The notes: a model not told the origin generated them from the letters alone. A stretch of 64,000 bases of DNA from Schizochytrium sp. TIO01 (GCA_004764695.1 SMSO01000014.1:491648-555647); one strand, 5' to 3'. Counted from the stretch's first letter, positions 37,945 to 50,083 are shown. Made by a program: numbers and translations.

Positions 37945-39599
37945 CGTTGCCGCTGGTGCTGCTGCAAGCGTGATGGAACGCCTGGTGGAAAGTGGCTGCA
38001 GCTTCTCTTATAGGTGTCTCACCAATGCTGCTAAGACCCCTGCTCGGCTTGGAGAAAACCGGGATTTCCTGAGCTTGCTTTGTATCAACCGTCCTTGTAG
38101 ATAACGTTCACCACCAGCTGGACTTTTGTTGTTCCTGCATCGCCCTGGCGCAACGCAAAGTTCTTTCGTTGCAGCGTGAGGTCAATGAAAACGTATCGGG
38201 TACTCAAATCTCCAGGCGAGCGCACCTCGTGGAACTAACTCTTCTTCTCGCTGAGGATGCGGTGTTCCTCCTGCTGCATGGGGATCTGAGGCGCAGCGCC
38301 AGAGCCGGCAATCCAAAGCATGCTGTCTTCGAGTACACCATCGCTTAGAATGAGCCCACCTCCATGCGAGGGTTCAACTTCAACGCTTATCAAGGCCCTG
38401 CGCAGTTCGCAGCGCAGGGTGTAGTAAAAGGGTGCTTCATATGCATGAATGCGGGCCTGGTTCGTCCCATTCTCGGGGGAAGTACGCACGGCATCGTGTA
38501 AACATGGGAAAGACACATTCTCCCATTGGGAGCTGCCAGAGAGGAGCTCTCCAATCTCATCGGGGGGGTCTTCTGCAATCTCATTGGCGGCGGCGTCTCC
38601 CAGTTCGGGGTCGAAAGAGAGTTCTGCAGTCTCGACGGCGGCATGCAAGTCATGAAAGAGTTCTGCGGTCTCATTGGCGGCGGCGTCTCCCAGTTCGAGG
38701 TCGAAAGAGAGTTCTGCAGGCTCGATGACGGCATGGAAGCCATGAAAGAGTTCTGGGGTCTCATCGGCGGCGGCGTCTCCCAGTTCGGGGTCGAAAGAGA
38801 GTTCTGCAGGCTCGACGGCGGCATGCAAGTCATGAAAGAGTTCTGCGGTCTCATTGGCGGCGGCGTCTCCCAGTTCGAGGTCGAAAGAGAGTTCTGCAGG
38901 CTCGATGACGGCATGAAAGCCATGAAAGAGTTCTGGGGTCTCATCGGCGGCGGCGTCTCCCAGTTCGGGGTCGAAAGAGAGTTCTGCAGGCTCGACGGCG
39001 GCATGCAAGTCATGAAAGAGTTCTGCGGTCTCATTGGCGGCGGCGTCTCCCAGTTCGGGGTCGAAAGAGAGTTCTGCAGGCTCGACGGCGGCATGCAAGT
39101 CGTAAGTAAGCTCTGCAATCTCATCGGCGGCATTAGCGGCATCGGTGGCATCTCTCATTGGGGAGTCGCACAAACATGCACCATCTACGGTCTGCCAATT
39201 CACATCACAATTGATTAGGTGATCTCCGATGGAGTCTGGCAGCGTTTCCATGCTGTTCGAGCGCGTGCGGGCCAACTTCCAAGCTGAAGGGTTAGGGTGT
39301 TCATCGTTAGGGGAGCTGCAGGTACGTTTGGCAGCTCGAGTAGATGTCGGAGCAGCATTAAGTTGGGAGCAAAGAGGGGCATGCTGACCATCTTTAGCGC
39401 TGTCCAAAGAGCATGAAGTGGAGGGCTGACTGGAATCGATCTTCACATCTTTGTCTCCTTTTAGAGTAAGACACAGGCTGCCGCTGTCAGCGTAGTCGCT
39501 ATGAGGAGTGTTGCTCTCAATGTCTTGCACACTCGTCGGCACAGTCTCAGTAGTGTTGGGCTGCGGTCTTGCGTTCTTGGACATGTCATGCTTAGGCAT
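37945..39599 (-). pseudogene. TF-like paralogue 2 with a disrupted C-terminal domain (may still encode a 454-aa truncated protein)
   Basis: Compared with paralogue 1: an in-frame deletion of about 27 codons after GGGL, a CAG->TAG stop after EKKS (38235-38237) and a 5-nt deletion near 38090. Homology continues through VFSKP to about 37945. The 5'UTR intron (39612..39826) is retained. Confidence 0.75.
38581..39120 (-). repeat. Six tandem 90-bp coding repeats (30 aa: HAA/VVEPAELSFDP/LELGDAAAN/DETA/PELFHD/G) with 180-bp higher-order alternation
   Basis: tcat(t/c)ggcggcggcgtctcccagttcg recurs at 38581, 38671, 38761, 38851, 38941 and 39031. Confidence 0.95.
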
Positions 39600-40899
39600 C
39601 TGCGCGACTTACTGTATAAAAGCTACCAGTGCGGCGGCGGTTTGCCGTTGTACTAGTACAGACTGAGCTATGATGCTTTGGTTTGTTGAGTTTGGGGTTT
39701 GGGGTTTGGGTTTTTTGGTTTGATGTCTGCACTCGACGCCATAGTCGAAATGAACCTGCCGCGGCGAGGCCGCAGGCAAGCCCCATTCAGTGTCGCAGAG
39801 AGGAGACCGAGAGCGCCTGGGCTTACAGAGCAGTAGGCGGTTTTATGCTCGAAGTATTTACAGATACAGATACATTGTGTCTCTCTTTTCGAGAGCGGCA
39901 GCGGCATATAAAGCACTGGTCTGTTCTATTACCTTTTGCCTTAGCTGCTGTTAGTCTCTCTATGTAACGTATAAGTACTCGTAAAGTGGTCCTTAAAGGT
40001 TCCGGGAAGGAACCGAGGAATTGAGAGCGAAAGATCGCTACGAAGGCGCGCGATGTGCAGGACGATGATTCGCCTCTGGGCAAATGCAGAGAGGCGCCCA
40101 CCCCAAGAGGTTTCCAGCGCTGCCGGACGGCTAAGAAGGAAGCTTTGTCTATCTGTCCGCGGATCCATCAGTCGTTCTTCCTGTTTAGCTACTAGCTAGC
40201 TAGCTGCTGAGCGCTCTCGTCGCGCTCTCGCTTCATTCTTCTTCCCCTTGATATTCCGACTGTGGAGCCAGCCTTTGGAGCGAACAGCGATGCGATTCTT
40301 GAGCGGCTAAGCTTCTTGCGCCAGGCCGCAAGGGGGCGATCGAAAGGCTGGTGGCTCGACGTGTCTGCGGGCGTCGGCCTGTCGGTCTGTTTGTTGTCTG
40401 CGCAAGTGAAGTTGGTGGGCTAGCTCACTGTTTTTTTTTTGTTTTTTGTTTTTTTTTGTTCGAAGAAAGCAACCCTCTCGGGGAAACTCTTTAGAATTGG
40501 AGTGTAAAGTTGAATCATTAAATTAAATAAGAAAGTATTTTGAATTAAAAAGAGCTTTCAAAGGTTTGATTTATTTAATTTAAATTAAAAAAAGAAAAGC
40601 GAAGAAGGTGAAAGGTACATGAATGGAGGCTTTTGTTGAAGCTTCAGAAGAAAATATCATTCAACGAGATATTATTATATTTTGTTGAGCAGAAGAAAAG
40701 CAAGGAAGATAAACTTGTGTTGTAACGTAAACTTGGGCGCTCTGAGCAAAAAGAAAAGAGAAGTTGTTTTGCCTCCATAGAATGCTTCTTTCTGATCGCT
40801 TTGAACATTAAAAAGCTCATCTATAATAAAAGATTCTTTAATATCAGAAGATAACTCCGTAAGATGAAAGATGAGTTTGTTCACTATAAAAGAATATTG

Positions 40900-41150
40900 T
40901 GGCGAGAACTGAGAAGTATGCGCTTGAGCAACCTGGTTAACTGAAGATGACGCTGCCAGCGCTGCCATTGTCGATTACTTCGGGGCAATTAATTGAGAAG
41001 GTCGCTTTCAGGCATGGTTCGACGAACGACGTGGCTCCTAAAAGATGGTCGCAGGAGTTGGGGCGTTGGTTGAATCATTTCGTTATCCACGGCATCGTCT
41101 ATTGACACGCACAGCAAAGGCTGATTAATCTTGCTGTTAATGCTGCAATC
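40900..41150 (-). pseudogene. Internally deleted, degenerate remnant of the partner gene 33495..34169
   Basis: ttgaatcatttcgttatccacggcatcgtctattgacacgcacag matches 34137-34181. ttcgacgaacga and ggtcgcaggagt match about 33570-33605. About 500 bp between these matches is missing and the start ATG is lost. Confidence 0.7.
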
Positions 41151-41957
41151 TTGCTGTTAATGTTGCAATATACATTTTAAATTATATATTAAAAAATACA
41201 CATTTAAATTTAATTCAAGGCATTGATTATGTTCAAACAATGTGTTTAAAGAAGCATTTAGAAAAAGAAAACTAAAAAAAGAAAAACTGTTTCTAAAACA
41301 TTGTATTTAAAGAAGAAGAAATACAGATAAAATTCCTCTTTATATTTAAGAAGACAAGCCTGGAAGACAAGAAAAGAAGATGAAAAAACAAAAACATAAA
41401 CAACTTTAAAGTGTACTAGTTCGAAAAGAAAAGAAAGCAAGATTGTTTCAATGCTGATTATTATATATCTACTAGTATTGCATATTTGATTGATTGTTTT
41501 GACCTATAAAAATTGAGTTACTGAGTAACGCTTATGATATCTGAAGAGACCCTCTTCGCCCATCCATCTACAGCTAAAGCTCGAGCCTGGCGGGCATCAG
41601 CGGAAGAGAGCCGTGGAAGACAAGAAAAGAAAAGAAGTATTCAGAGGTTGTATGTCTTTTCCTGGCAGAGGGGTAGCAAACGTTCCGGGGTAGCAAACGT
41701 TCCTCATTCGATCGGTAATGATAAGATGAACCGCAACACAACATAGATATTAAATAGCCTTCCCCTAAAGGCACCATGGTGAACGAAGGCGATATCTCTC
41801 AATATTTTTATATCTTGCAGCTGTACCTTCAAGCGATGCTTGCGGCTTCTATAGCTCAGGCTGTGAGGAAAGAGTAGATTTCTAAAAAACGAGACTTCGA
41901 AGAGTGTATACAATACCTCCTTTGATTGCATTTAATTTGAAAAGGTGTGCTCTATAC

Positions 41958-41976
41958 GATTAGGTAGGCACATATA

Positions 41977-42008
<32 letters not shown>

Positions 42009-42150
42009 ATATATTATATGAGAGCGAATGATTAGGTAGGCACATATAATATATATAATTATATATATATATATATATATGAGAGCGAATGATTAGGTAG
42101 GCACATATAATATATATAATATATATATATATATAATATGAGAGCGAATG
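41958..42150. repeat. Three-copy minisatellite GATTAGGTAGGCACATATAAT-(AT)n-GAGAGCGAAT just upstream of paralogue 3
   Basis: Three ~60-70-bp units with variable AT tracts, ending 100 bp before ATG 42250. Confidence 0.9.
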
Positions 42151-42249
42151 GTTTTTTAAAGTAGAAACTCAAGAAGCCCAAACCAAATCTGAAACTCAAG
42201 AAAGCTCAAGCAAAGGGAGAATAAGCCCACTCATTGTTCAAAGTAAACC

Positions 42250-44139
42250 ATGGGCGATGAACTCTACTGTAGTAATACTTGGGATTTAGATCTTCTTGAC
42301 GGATATCCTTTACAATCCACCTCCGATGACAATCATGATTCGGGTTGGATTAGTAACATTCCTTTGGTACCGACCACTCCCAAAGACGACAATCTTTCTG
42401 AAGAGCTTCTTCTAGTATCATGCTGTACTTCTTCCCCGCCAGCCCCCATTCACAATCACAAGAATCTTGGGAACCTTCTCAGGTCTTCTCAGGGTTTGGA
42501 ATCCAGTCGTCCTGTTACCCCCACCTTCGATTCTTCCTGTGCTTCGGATCCGGGATTGTCTAATGTCATTCATGGTCCGCAAGAACATCAAAACGATCCC
42601 CCATCTCCTCTTCCCGAACCCGTCGCTGCTGCTAGTCCTGCGCTTACACTTGTTTGCAACAACACCAAGCGTAAGAGCGCGAGCATTCATTGTGGCTTGG
42701 AGAACCAGAGTCACATTACGCTCAAGCAGCCCCGCTCAAGCTTAGAAAGAAGCTCTGTAGGCGTCGACAAGGCTCATCAGAATACAGAAAATGAGGAGAG
42801 CGATGAAGTTACCACAAGTAAATGTGTTATAGGAAGTGATTCCCAGGATTTTGTAGGCCCTGACCATGACCAGGATGGGACTGCCCGAAGCTACGATGAG
42901 GAAAGCATTGGCCAAGATAAAAGTGCTTTAAGCTGCGAAGCGGAAGACGATTTCCACAAAGATCTAGGACTGGCTCTAAGTTGTGTTCGCTTGCCTGACT
43001 CTCCTTCCAATGGCGGGCACCAGGTATCCCCAGAATCCAAGCAAACTTCCATTGCCTTGACTGATGAGTCTACGGTATCCACAGACACAAGCTCTCTTGC
43101 ATGGGAAGACGCAGGCTCTCTTGCAAACGTCCATGCAAGTAATCATAATAGCAGCAATGCTACTTCAGCGAATACTCACTTACGCATGGTAGCTTCGTAT
43201 GTGCACGTCAGCTATCAAAACCATACGCCTGCAGGAACTGTCTCTGATCGCCTTCAACCTTGCCGTGAGAAAGTTCAAAATCCTTCATGCAATAGCCTTG
43301 AAATAGATGAAGCCATCGTGAACGGCAACATCGATGATGAGTGTAGCCCCAAGACCCTGTCTGCTTGTTCCACTGCTGCTTGTTCCACATCCTCCACTTC
43401 CTCCACGGCGTCTAGCACATTCTTCTCGAGTCCATGCGAAAACGTTTCGTATCCTCAGACTAGCAATCCCAAGGTTGCTCATGTCTTCAACTCTGTTGGC
43501 TCGTTGCAATGTACAAGAGCGTTATTCAGTTCAGCCTATGTCGAAACGTATATGACACCCTTTTACTACGCACAGAAAAGGGGACTGCGCAGAGCTTTCT
43601 TACGCATGGATGTGAATGGTTTGCGTGGAGGTGGACTCAAGAAGATTGTAGTCAAAGCTGAAGCCTTCGTTCGCCTCAGCACCTTCAAGAAGGTTGCAAA
43701 TTGTAAGCAAAAACACAATCACACTAAGGAAGGAGCCCTTCAAGACGAAATGCATTGGGAAGTTGGTCCTTGTCTTGAGCCGTATAGACGTAACCAGACG
43801 AGGATCCACGGCATCCTGCTGGAGAAGAAGAGCGAGTTTCACAATGTGCCGCACACTCAACACACCCATTTGCACTCGGTCTTTATGAACCTCACATTGG
43901 AACGCCAGAACTTTTCATTGCTGCTGGATCAGGGAGTGACCGAGGTCCACTTGAAGGTATGTGCCATCTACAACGATGGCACAAAGGATATCGTCCCTGC
44001 ACAAACGATTCCGGTCTTCTCGAAGCCACACTGCGGGCTCCATGGAATCAAGTCAGAACCCTTTAATGAAGCCTCAAAAAAATTTCACGCTGAGTTAGAG
44101 ATGGCCAAGGCACACGCGCGCGGCGAAAGCTTTGCTTGA
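42250..44139 (+). CDS. Putative transcription factor, paralogue 3: long Ser/Asp-rich N-terminus plus the same C-terminal domain ending IPVFSKP
   Basis: Intact 629-aa ORF sharing PFYY, LRRA, RGGGL.KI, RLST, EKKS.FH, VF..LTL.R.N, IY.DG and AQ.I.VFSKP..GL with paralogue 1; it has an NLS-like TKRKS. Confidence 0.65.
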   Translation: MGDELYCSNTWDLDLLDGYPLQSTSDDNHDSGWISNIPLVPTTPKDDNLSEELLLVSCCTSSPPAPIHNHKNLGNLLRSSQGLESSRPVTPTFDSSCASDPGLSNVIHGPQEHQNDPPSPLPEPVAAASPALTLVCNNTKRKSASIHCGLENQSHITLKQPRSSLERSSVGVDKAHQNTENEESDEVTTSKCVIGSDSQDFVGPDHDQDGTARSYDEESIGQDKSALSCEAEDDFHKDLGLALSCVRLPDSPSNGGHQVSPESKQTSIALTDESTVSTDTSSLAWEDAGSLANVHASNHNSSNATSANTHLRMVASYVHVSYQNHTPAGTVSDRLQPCREKVQNPSCNSLEIDEAIVNGNIDDECSPKTLSACSTAACSTSSTSSTASSTFFSSPCENVSYPQTSNPKVAHVFNSVGSLQCTRALFSSAYVETYMTPFYYAQKRGLRRAFLRMDVNGLRGGGLKKIVVKAEAFVRLSTFKKVANCKQKHNHTKEGALQDEMHWEVGPCLEPYRRNQTRIHGILLEKKSEFHNVPHTQHTHLHSVFMNLTLERQNFSLLLDQGVTEVHLKVCAIYNDGTKDIVPAQTIPVFSKPHCGLHGIKSEPFNEASKKFHAELEMAKAHARGESFA

Positions 44140-47100
44140 CGGCACAGAACCAATTGTGAACAGTCTGCATAAAGTGATAGACAAGTAACCGCCCTAGATG
44201 ATTGATTACCTTCCTCATAGGCCCTAATGCAAAATAGAACACATACCTCAAATTAACTTCATATTAACTCCATGATTTCAACCAGGTCAGCAAATAGGTA
44301 GGTGTTTGTGATGCTATGTCCTTTTAAATGCTTCATTTTAAAAGAGGAGGGAACCGAAAGAAGGAATGGAGATCATTAACTTGTGTGTTAAATTGACTGG
44401 AAAATGCAGCAACGCTGACGGCTGATCCACTCCACCAGAACAAGATGATTTGTGGTTGTGGAAGCGCTGCAATGTCTTCACGGAGAGAACATCACACTCC
44501 AGGGTTGGATACCACCTCTAAGGACTTTCAAAGATGCCAAAACTTTGATGAGGTACCTGATTGCCAATAATGTCTAACTTTTCATATTCCCACCACGCCT
44601 TCATAAGACCAATATCTTCATTTCTAAAAACAAAATATTGGATCAAGGTCGATTAATCATTCCTGAAAGAAACCGTGACATCGTGACCACCTACATGAAG
44701 CTATCCACAGCAAACTACTTTTCACTCTCACGCCACCTTTGCCCACTCAATATTGTCGCCGCCACTCATCTTGGGACAGTCCACAAATCCTGTTTCCTCA
44801 TCCAGTGTTTGAGTTCCATGCTTCACTACCTCAGCGCCTGATACAATTCGCAGCCACGATTGCTCCGCCTCCGCTGCATTCGAATAATTGTCTCATGCTC
44901 GCTGTAGCTTTTGATCCTTATCCTTGTTGAGCCCGTCTGTACTGAAGAAGGAATGTTGGTCGATATCAGCCGGATTCGAGCCAACTTGGTCTCGCCAACA
45001 CATCCATGATATAGCTAAGTAGATGTGACGGTAGGAATCCACATATCATGGCTTGGTAAACCGTGTCTGGAATCTTCTGGCGTCCCAACACTTGCAATTT
45101 TAAGATCTTCAGCAGTAAGGACCCCGGCCTGGGTGAGAGCAATAAAAACACAAACAACACGTGAAGGCAGAGCTTTTCTATCCAGAAACATGGTACAACT
45201 TCTTGGCCAAGAAAGCCGCCCCATACGATGTTCCAGTCAGTCGTTGGTACTCTTTCCATCCTTCTTCTGAAGGATCTTTTGGGTAAATTATCAGTCTGAT
45301 TTCCCAGGCGTTTAGCTGGTCTTCTGACTAGTTGCTTGGCCCGTCTTCATTTCACGATTAGCGGTGCTTGGTTGCCGTGCAAAGATACTTTGTGTCCCTG
45401 TTCAGTATTGTACTTCTGGCAGTGGAGTTGCCCTCAAGAAGAGGAGCAAGTTTAAAGTAAAGCAACACCTATCCGTCGTCAACTATATCTGCTGTGACTT
45501 CGCAGAAGTCATGTTAAATGGTGCTACGCAGCAGATGCCCCAATTGTGCAAGCCTAGTGAAGTTTTCCTTGACATTTTGTAGAGAGATCCGCTTGTGAAC
45601 GATGAGGGAAGACCTCTCAAAAGCGGCAGAGAGTTTACAGCATTATTGAACAGGTAAATTCTCAAGAAGGAGCCCAATCTCCTGAGTTGGAGACGGCAGG
45701 GCAAAAGGTAGACTGGGGACGAGGAGGGCGTGTAGGCATGGGCGCTCGAGCAGGATCTTACACTCCCGACTTGCCCAACAACCAGTAGAGTCCATCGCGT
45801 TTCACAGACCAGATTCTTTATTCAAGGTTTGCTCTAATTAGGTAATTCCCTAGTCCTTGTACTAGTAGACTTGCTGTAATAGGTGCCTAACTAACTACCT
45901 ACCTACTAATTTCAAGTGACAAACAAACCAAAGTATTTAGTTTGGTTACGTTAAGAAATCATTTTTCGATTTCACATGTACTGCGTTTGCGTTTTTTTCT
46001 TTTTTAACCATATTAGCCTCAGCAAGCTGGCTTGAAATCAGAACAAAGTAGCACGTATGCTTAGTAAAACTGAATGAGTTTCCAATATTTGAAGGCTCCA
46101 GGAGCAGAGATGTGAGTGCTTCGTTGAAAGATATTTTGGGATCTAATTTGGGATGACCTTTCTTTTGGTGGGACCAGAAAATAACTATTATATATTCTAG
46201 GTATACTTGACTGCAGAAAGGGGAGAGAAGTAAGATACTGAATAGTGAGTTCAGTGTGAGTGATGTGTCTGGAGTATTGTGGAAATCTATGGTGAAATAT
46301 CCGCGACTACCTCATCCAAGATGCGGCTGCTCTCGAGGACCCTGCACCCTTGACTCATACAAATGCGGATTTACATGTAAACTTTGTGATGCGTGCAAAT
46401 GATCAATCAATTCAAAGCAAGGATGGGGAACACCTTCAACGAGTGAGCAATCTTGCCGTAGTATCACGATATCATGCGCTTGAGGAAATTTGGATGCTCA
46501 CCTTTAAGTAAGAAAAAAAAAAAGAGAAAACTTTGGAGTTGCTTTCTTTTATGCAAAGTTAAAAGGGAACGGGGAACAAAACATTCAACACTGGGCTTCC
46601 CATACAGTCTACTATCAAATTACTGACCCCTACGCTGTCTTTTCGCGTTTTTAGTTTCATTCATTCTAAGGGGAGTTTTGAATTAGGGAAACGCAAAACT
46701 CAACCAAAGGTTCGAATCTGAAATCTCCATTTGTTGGACACAAGCAACATCAATAGGCGCCACAGGGATCTAGTTTCTGAATGATCTTCACGACTTGGTA
46801 TAGAAGAAACGATTGATATCATACGAATTGAGTTGCTCGTGATACTCATGATCTCATTATGTAACTTGTAATAGTGCCATTGAAGCAAATGACCTTCATT
46901 AAGAATTTTGTTGACCTTCGGTTTCTTCCGCATGCAATGGTTCAACTATGAGTTACCTGCTTGAGTGCCATATTCTTATCATATTCTCAAGCCGTGCTTG
47001 TCAAGCAAAAAACCGTTAGATACGAATTTCTTGCTTTAAAATGATTGGTTCTGTAAATAATATAACATTCGAATTGTCTCTCGTCGCGTTAAAGTTCGGG

Positions 47101-48340
47101 AAGCCGTAGGATCTGTACATTTAAAAGGCAGTCAATATTTGAATATGAGGCAAATATTGTAGGAATTTATTTACCCAACTAAACTTTTCGTAAAAGTCTA
47201 AACATAGCTTCACTCATTTCAAAATAGAATTTAAAGCTCATGAGGGGAAATTTTGCAATACAAAGGAGCAACGGTATTGACGAATGTGATCGAGAAACAC
47301 TGTATTCAATCAATTTACTGATGTCGATGAATAAGACATTCTTGGGTTTCTTCTAACTTGGGCTACAATCGCGAGTTCACTGAAGCTCATATTGAATATC
47401 AGTGCTTTGCCAATCGAAATCCCGCACAGTTGATAATTAATCGCTTGTTTCAGAACATCCGACCTATAAAACGCATTGAAAGAACTCGAGCAGTTAGATC
47501 GAGAATCGATTTTGCAATAAGAGATTCTAGAGAAAGATCCCGTTATCGCATTAATTCCCATTATGAGCGAACGAAAGGGAAATAAACCAAGAGAACCATA
47601 TATATATATAGGTTAGCAGCGGGACCTCGATAGCAGATAAAAGAAAGGAAAGGATAGTTTAGCTGGCCAAAAAATGGGTTGCGCTGCCTGCTCAGGACCA
47701 ACCAGAAAACACTGCCTAAGGGTACATACTGTTAATGATAGAAGTGGGTATACCTTAGTGAAAATATTAGCTGGGTGTTACTAGAGAAAAGTCCTTTCTC
47801 AATGGCTTAAGCCATTTAATAGGTCAGTTATGAACTGGTTGGTAATGAACGCGAGCGCGGAAGAGCAGAGCCAACCAATCAACCACTCATCTGCAGAACA
47901 CGAGTGATAGTGAAATGTAAATGATAGGTAGAGGTTATATAGTGCAGCGAATACGTAGATTTTATTTAGCAAGTGCTGTGAAAATATGTAGCGTAGTATA
48001 GCTTATCAAAGAAAAGGCAAAGCGCAGCGAAGGGATCAAATAAACTTATGCACTAGGAGTACAGATAGGGTTATTGGTAGGATAACTGAAAGCTGCATAT
48101 CTATTTGTCCATAGATATGACTAGGGATTATCTAGACATATCTATAGAAAGGAGTAAGCGGAGAGCGTAAAGAAACAGAAACAGACACAGACCTTGATTG
48201 GCTTGGACTCGCAACTACACCAGTTGCGGCGCCGGAGCAGAGCAGCGCAGTCGACTCGCGAAGACTCGACCGCCAGTTTCCTTCGTTCTTGAGCGAGGAA
48301 GCACAGTAGAACGCGAAGTTTTTGACTCTCACTCAGCAAG

Positions 48341-50083
48341 ATGGCTGACGTTGACATGGACGTCGAGGACGTTGAGGTCGTTGAGGACCTCACCAACCAG
48401 GACTCCCTTGGCAAGTACCAGGCTGCTGCCGAGATTGTGAACAAGACCCTCAGTGGTCTCCTCGGATACGCTGATGCTGGCAAGAGCGCCGCTGAGGTCT
48501 GCAAGTTTGGAGACCTCCTCCTCACCCAGCAGTGCAGCCTCATCTTCAAGACCAAGAAGATCGAGAAGGGCATTGCTTTCCCTACCTGTGTCTCTGTTAA
48601 TGAATGTGTCTGCCACTACACTCCCCTCGCCACCGAGAAGGATATTCCCATCCTCAAGGAGGGCGATGTCGTTAAGGTTGACCTTGGTGTCCACATTGAC
48701 GGCTACCCCGTTGTTGCCGCCCACACCTTTGTGGTGGGACCCAAGGAGGGTGCACCGACTGCTCCTTCTGGACGCAAAGCAGATGTCATCGCTGCTGCCT
48801 ACACGGCCGCGCAAGCCGCTGTCAAGTGCATCCGCGAGGGCCAGAGCAACGGAGATGTCACCAAGGTCATCAAGATGGTTGCTGAGGACTTTGGCGTGAA
48901 CCCCGTCCAGGGTGTGCTCATGCACCAGATGAAGAGGTAAGTAATTGAATGGTTCTGGTTATTATTATGGGACTCTAGGATAGGAATCCTTTTGAGGTAT
49001 AAATTTGTGTGGAGGGTGGGTGTATCTAAGGAATCGCCTACTTTGTGGCTGTGGCTCTTGGTCCACAGCACATGGATTAGGAATGTCTTCCGAACCGCTT
49101 TCTTTGCCCCTCACTGTGCTGGTTCAGAGCGTCTTGACCGATGCCTGTGTGCGCACGTGAGGCTTCCTTACAGGAGCGAATATAAAATGTCTGCGTCTCA
49201 ATAGATCATACCCCTCCATCGTTGACTTTTGTCCAGATGGCGGGGCTCGGACGAGTCGCAACAATCAAATTGCACTGTTTTATTTGTTAATGCAGTGTTA
49301 GTGCTCTGTTGAGATCTCAAACCCTCATGCGTGTGCCCATGATGGATATGCAGTGGATCCTTCGTCATAATATAAATGTGATGGATAAGAGTCGAATTGG
49401 ATGGGTGTGACGGTAGTATGGTTCAACAAACTTTTGGGAGACAAGGTTTACTAACACTAGAAATATGACTTACTTGAAACAAAAATAACAGATTCGTGAT
49501 TGATGCTAACGAGGTCATCATTGGCCGCGAGGAGCTTGACCAGAAGGTTGAGCCCTTCGCATTTGAGAAGGGTCAGGTCTACACCGTCGATGTTGTAATG
49601 AGCACTGGTGAGGGTAAGCCCACCCAGCGCGAGTCCCGTACCACTGTGTTCAAGCGCGCAGCAGACCAGAAGTACATGCTCAAGATGAAGGCTTCCCGCC
49701 AGGTCATGAGCGTCATTGACAAGCAGCACAGCACTTTCCCGTTTACCATCGGCTCCTTTAATGACGAGAAGACCGCTCGTATGGGTGTGGTCGAGTGCGT
49801 CAAGCACGACCTCCTCCACCAGTACCCTGTTCTTCACGAGAGGCCCGGTGATATTGTCGCACACTTCAAGTACACTGTTTTCCTCCTTGCCTCTGGCCCT
49901 TCCAAGGCCTCTGGTCTTGAGCTTGATGTGTCTCAACTTCAGACCGACAAAAAGCCTTGCCAGGAGGTTCAGGATCTTCTTGCCCTCGAGGTCAGGAAGA
50001 AGAAGAACAAGAAGAAGGGCGGTGCCTCTGCTGCCCCCGCAAACCCGCCTGCCGCCCCGGGTGGCATGGACACGTCCGACTAA
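48341..50083 (+). CDS. PA2G4: Proliferation-associated protein 2G4 / EBP1 (M24 fold); intron 48937..49491
   Basis: KYQAAAEIVNK, KGIAFPTCVSVN, GDVVKVDLGVHIDGY, GVLMHQMKR|FVID, YMLKMKASR, FPFT, ARMGVVEC, PVLHERPG. GTAAGT...TACTAAC...CAG intron; strong C/G third-codon bias. Confidence 0.95.
49095..49266 (+). ncRNA. Intronic box H/ACA snoRNA (two hairpins)
   Basis: Hairpin 1 has stems gctt(t)ct/aggagc and cctcac(t)gtgc/gcacgtgagg, followed by H box ATATAA at 49180-49185. Hairpin 2 has stems tgcg.ctc/gag.cgca and cccc.ccatc/gatgg.gggg, followed by ACA at 49261-49263 plus 3 nt. Confidence 0.75.

Larger units (their letters stand above)
37435..41160. repeat. Segmental duplication unit B (diverged copy of unit A)
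   Basis: Same order of downstream block, TF-like gene, UTR intron, promoter block and partner-gene remnant as 29575..34350. Confidence 0.85.

Noticed and set aside
38581-39120. Regularly spaced repeats resembling a CRISPR array
   Set aside because: The units are contiguous 90-bp tandem coding repeats without unique spacers; there are no cas genes and the context is eukaryotic.
38390-39218. Long alternative-frame and antisense ORFs over the 90-bp repeats
   Set aside because: By-products of a stop-free repeat unit whose length is a multiple of three.
46700-47600. Short ORFs (75-83 aa) upstream of PA2G4
   Set aside because: No recognisable motifs or consistent gene structure.
49335-49415. Possible box C/D snoRNA (ATGATG...) in the PA2G4 intron
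   Set aside because: No CTGA D box or terminal stem found.
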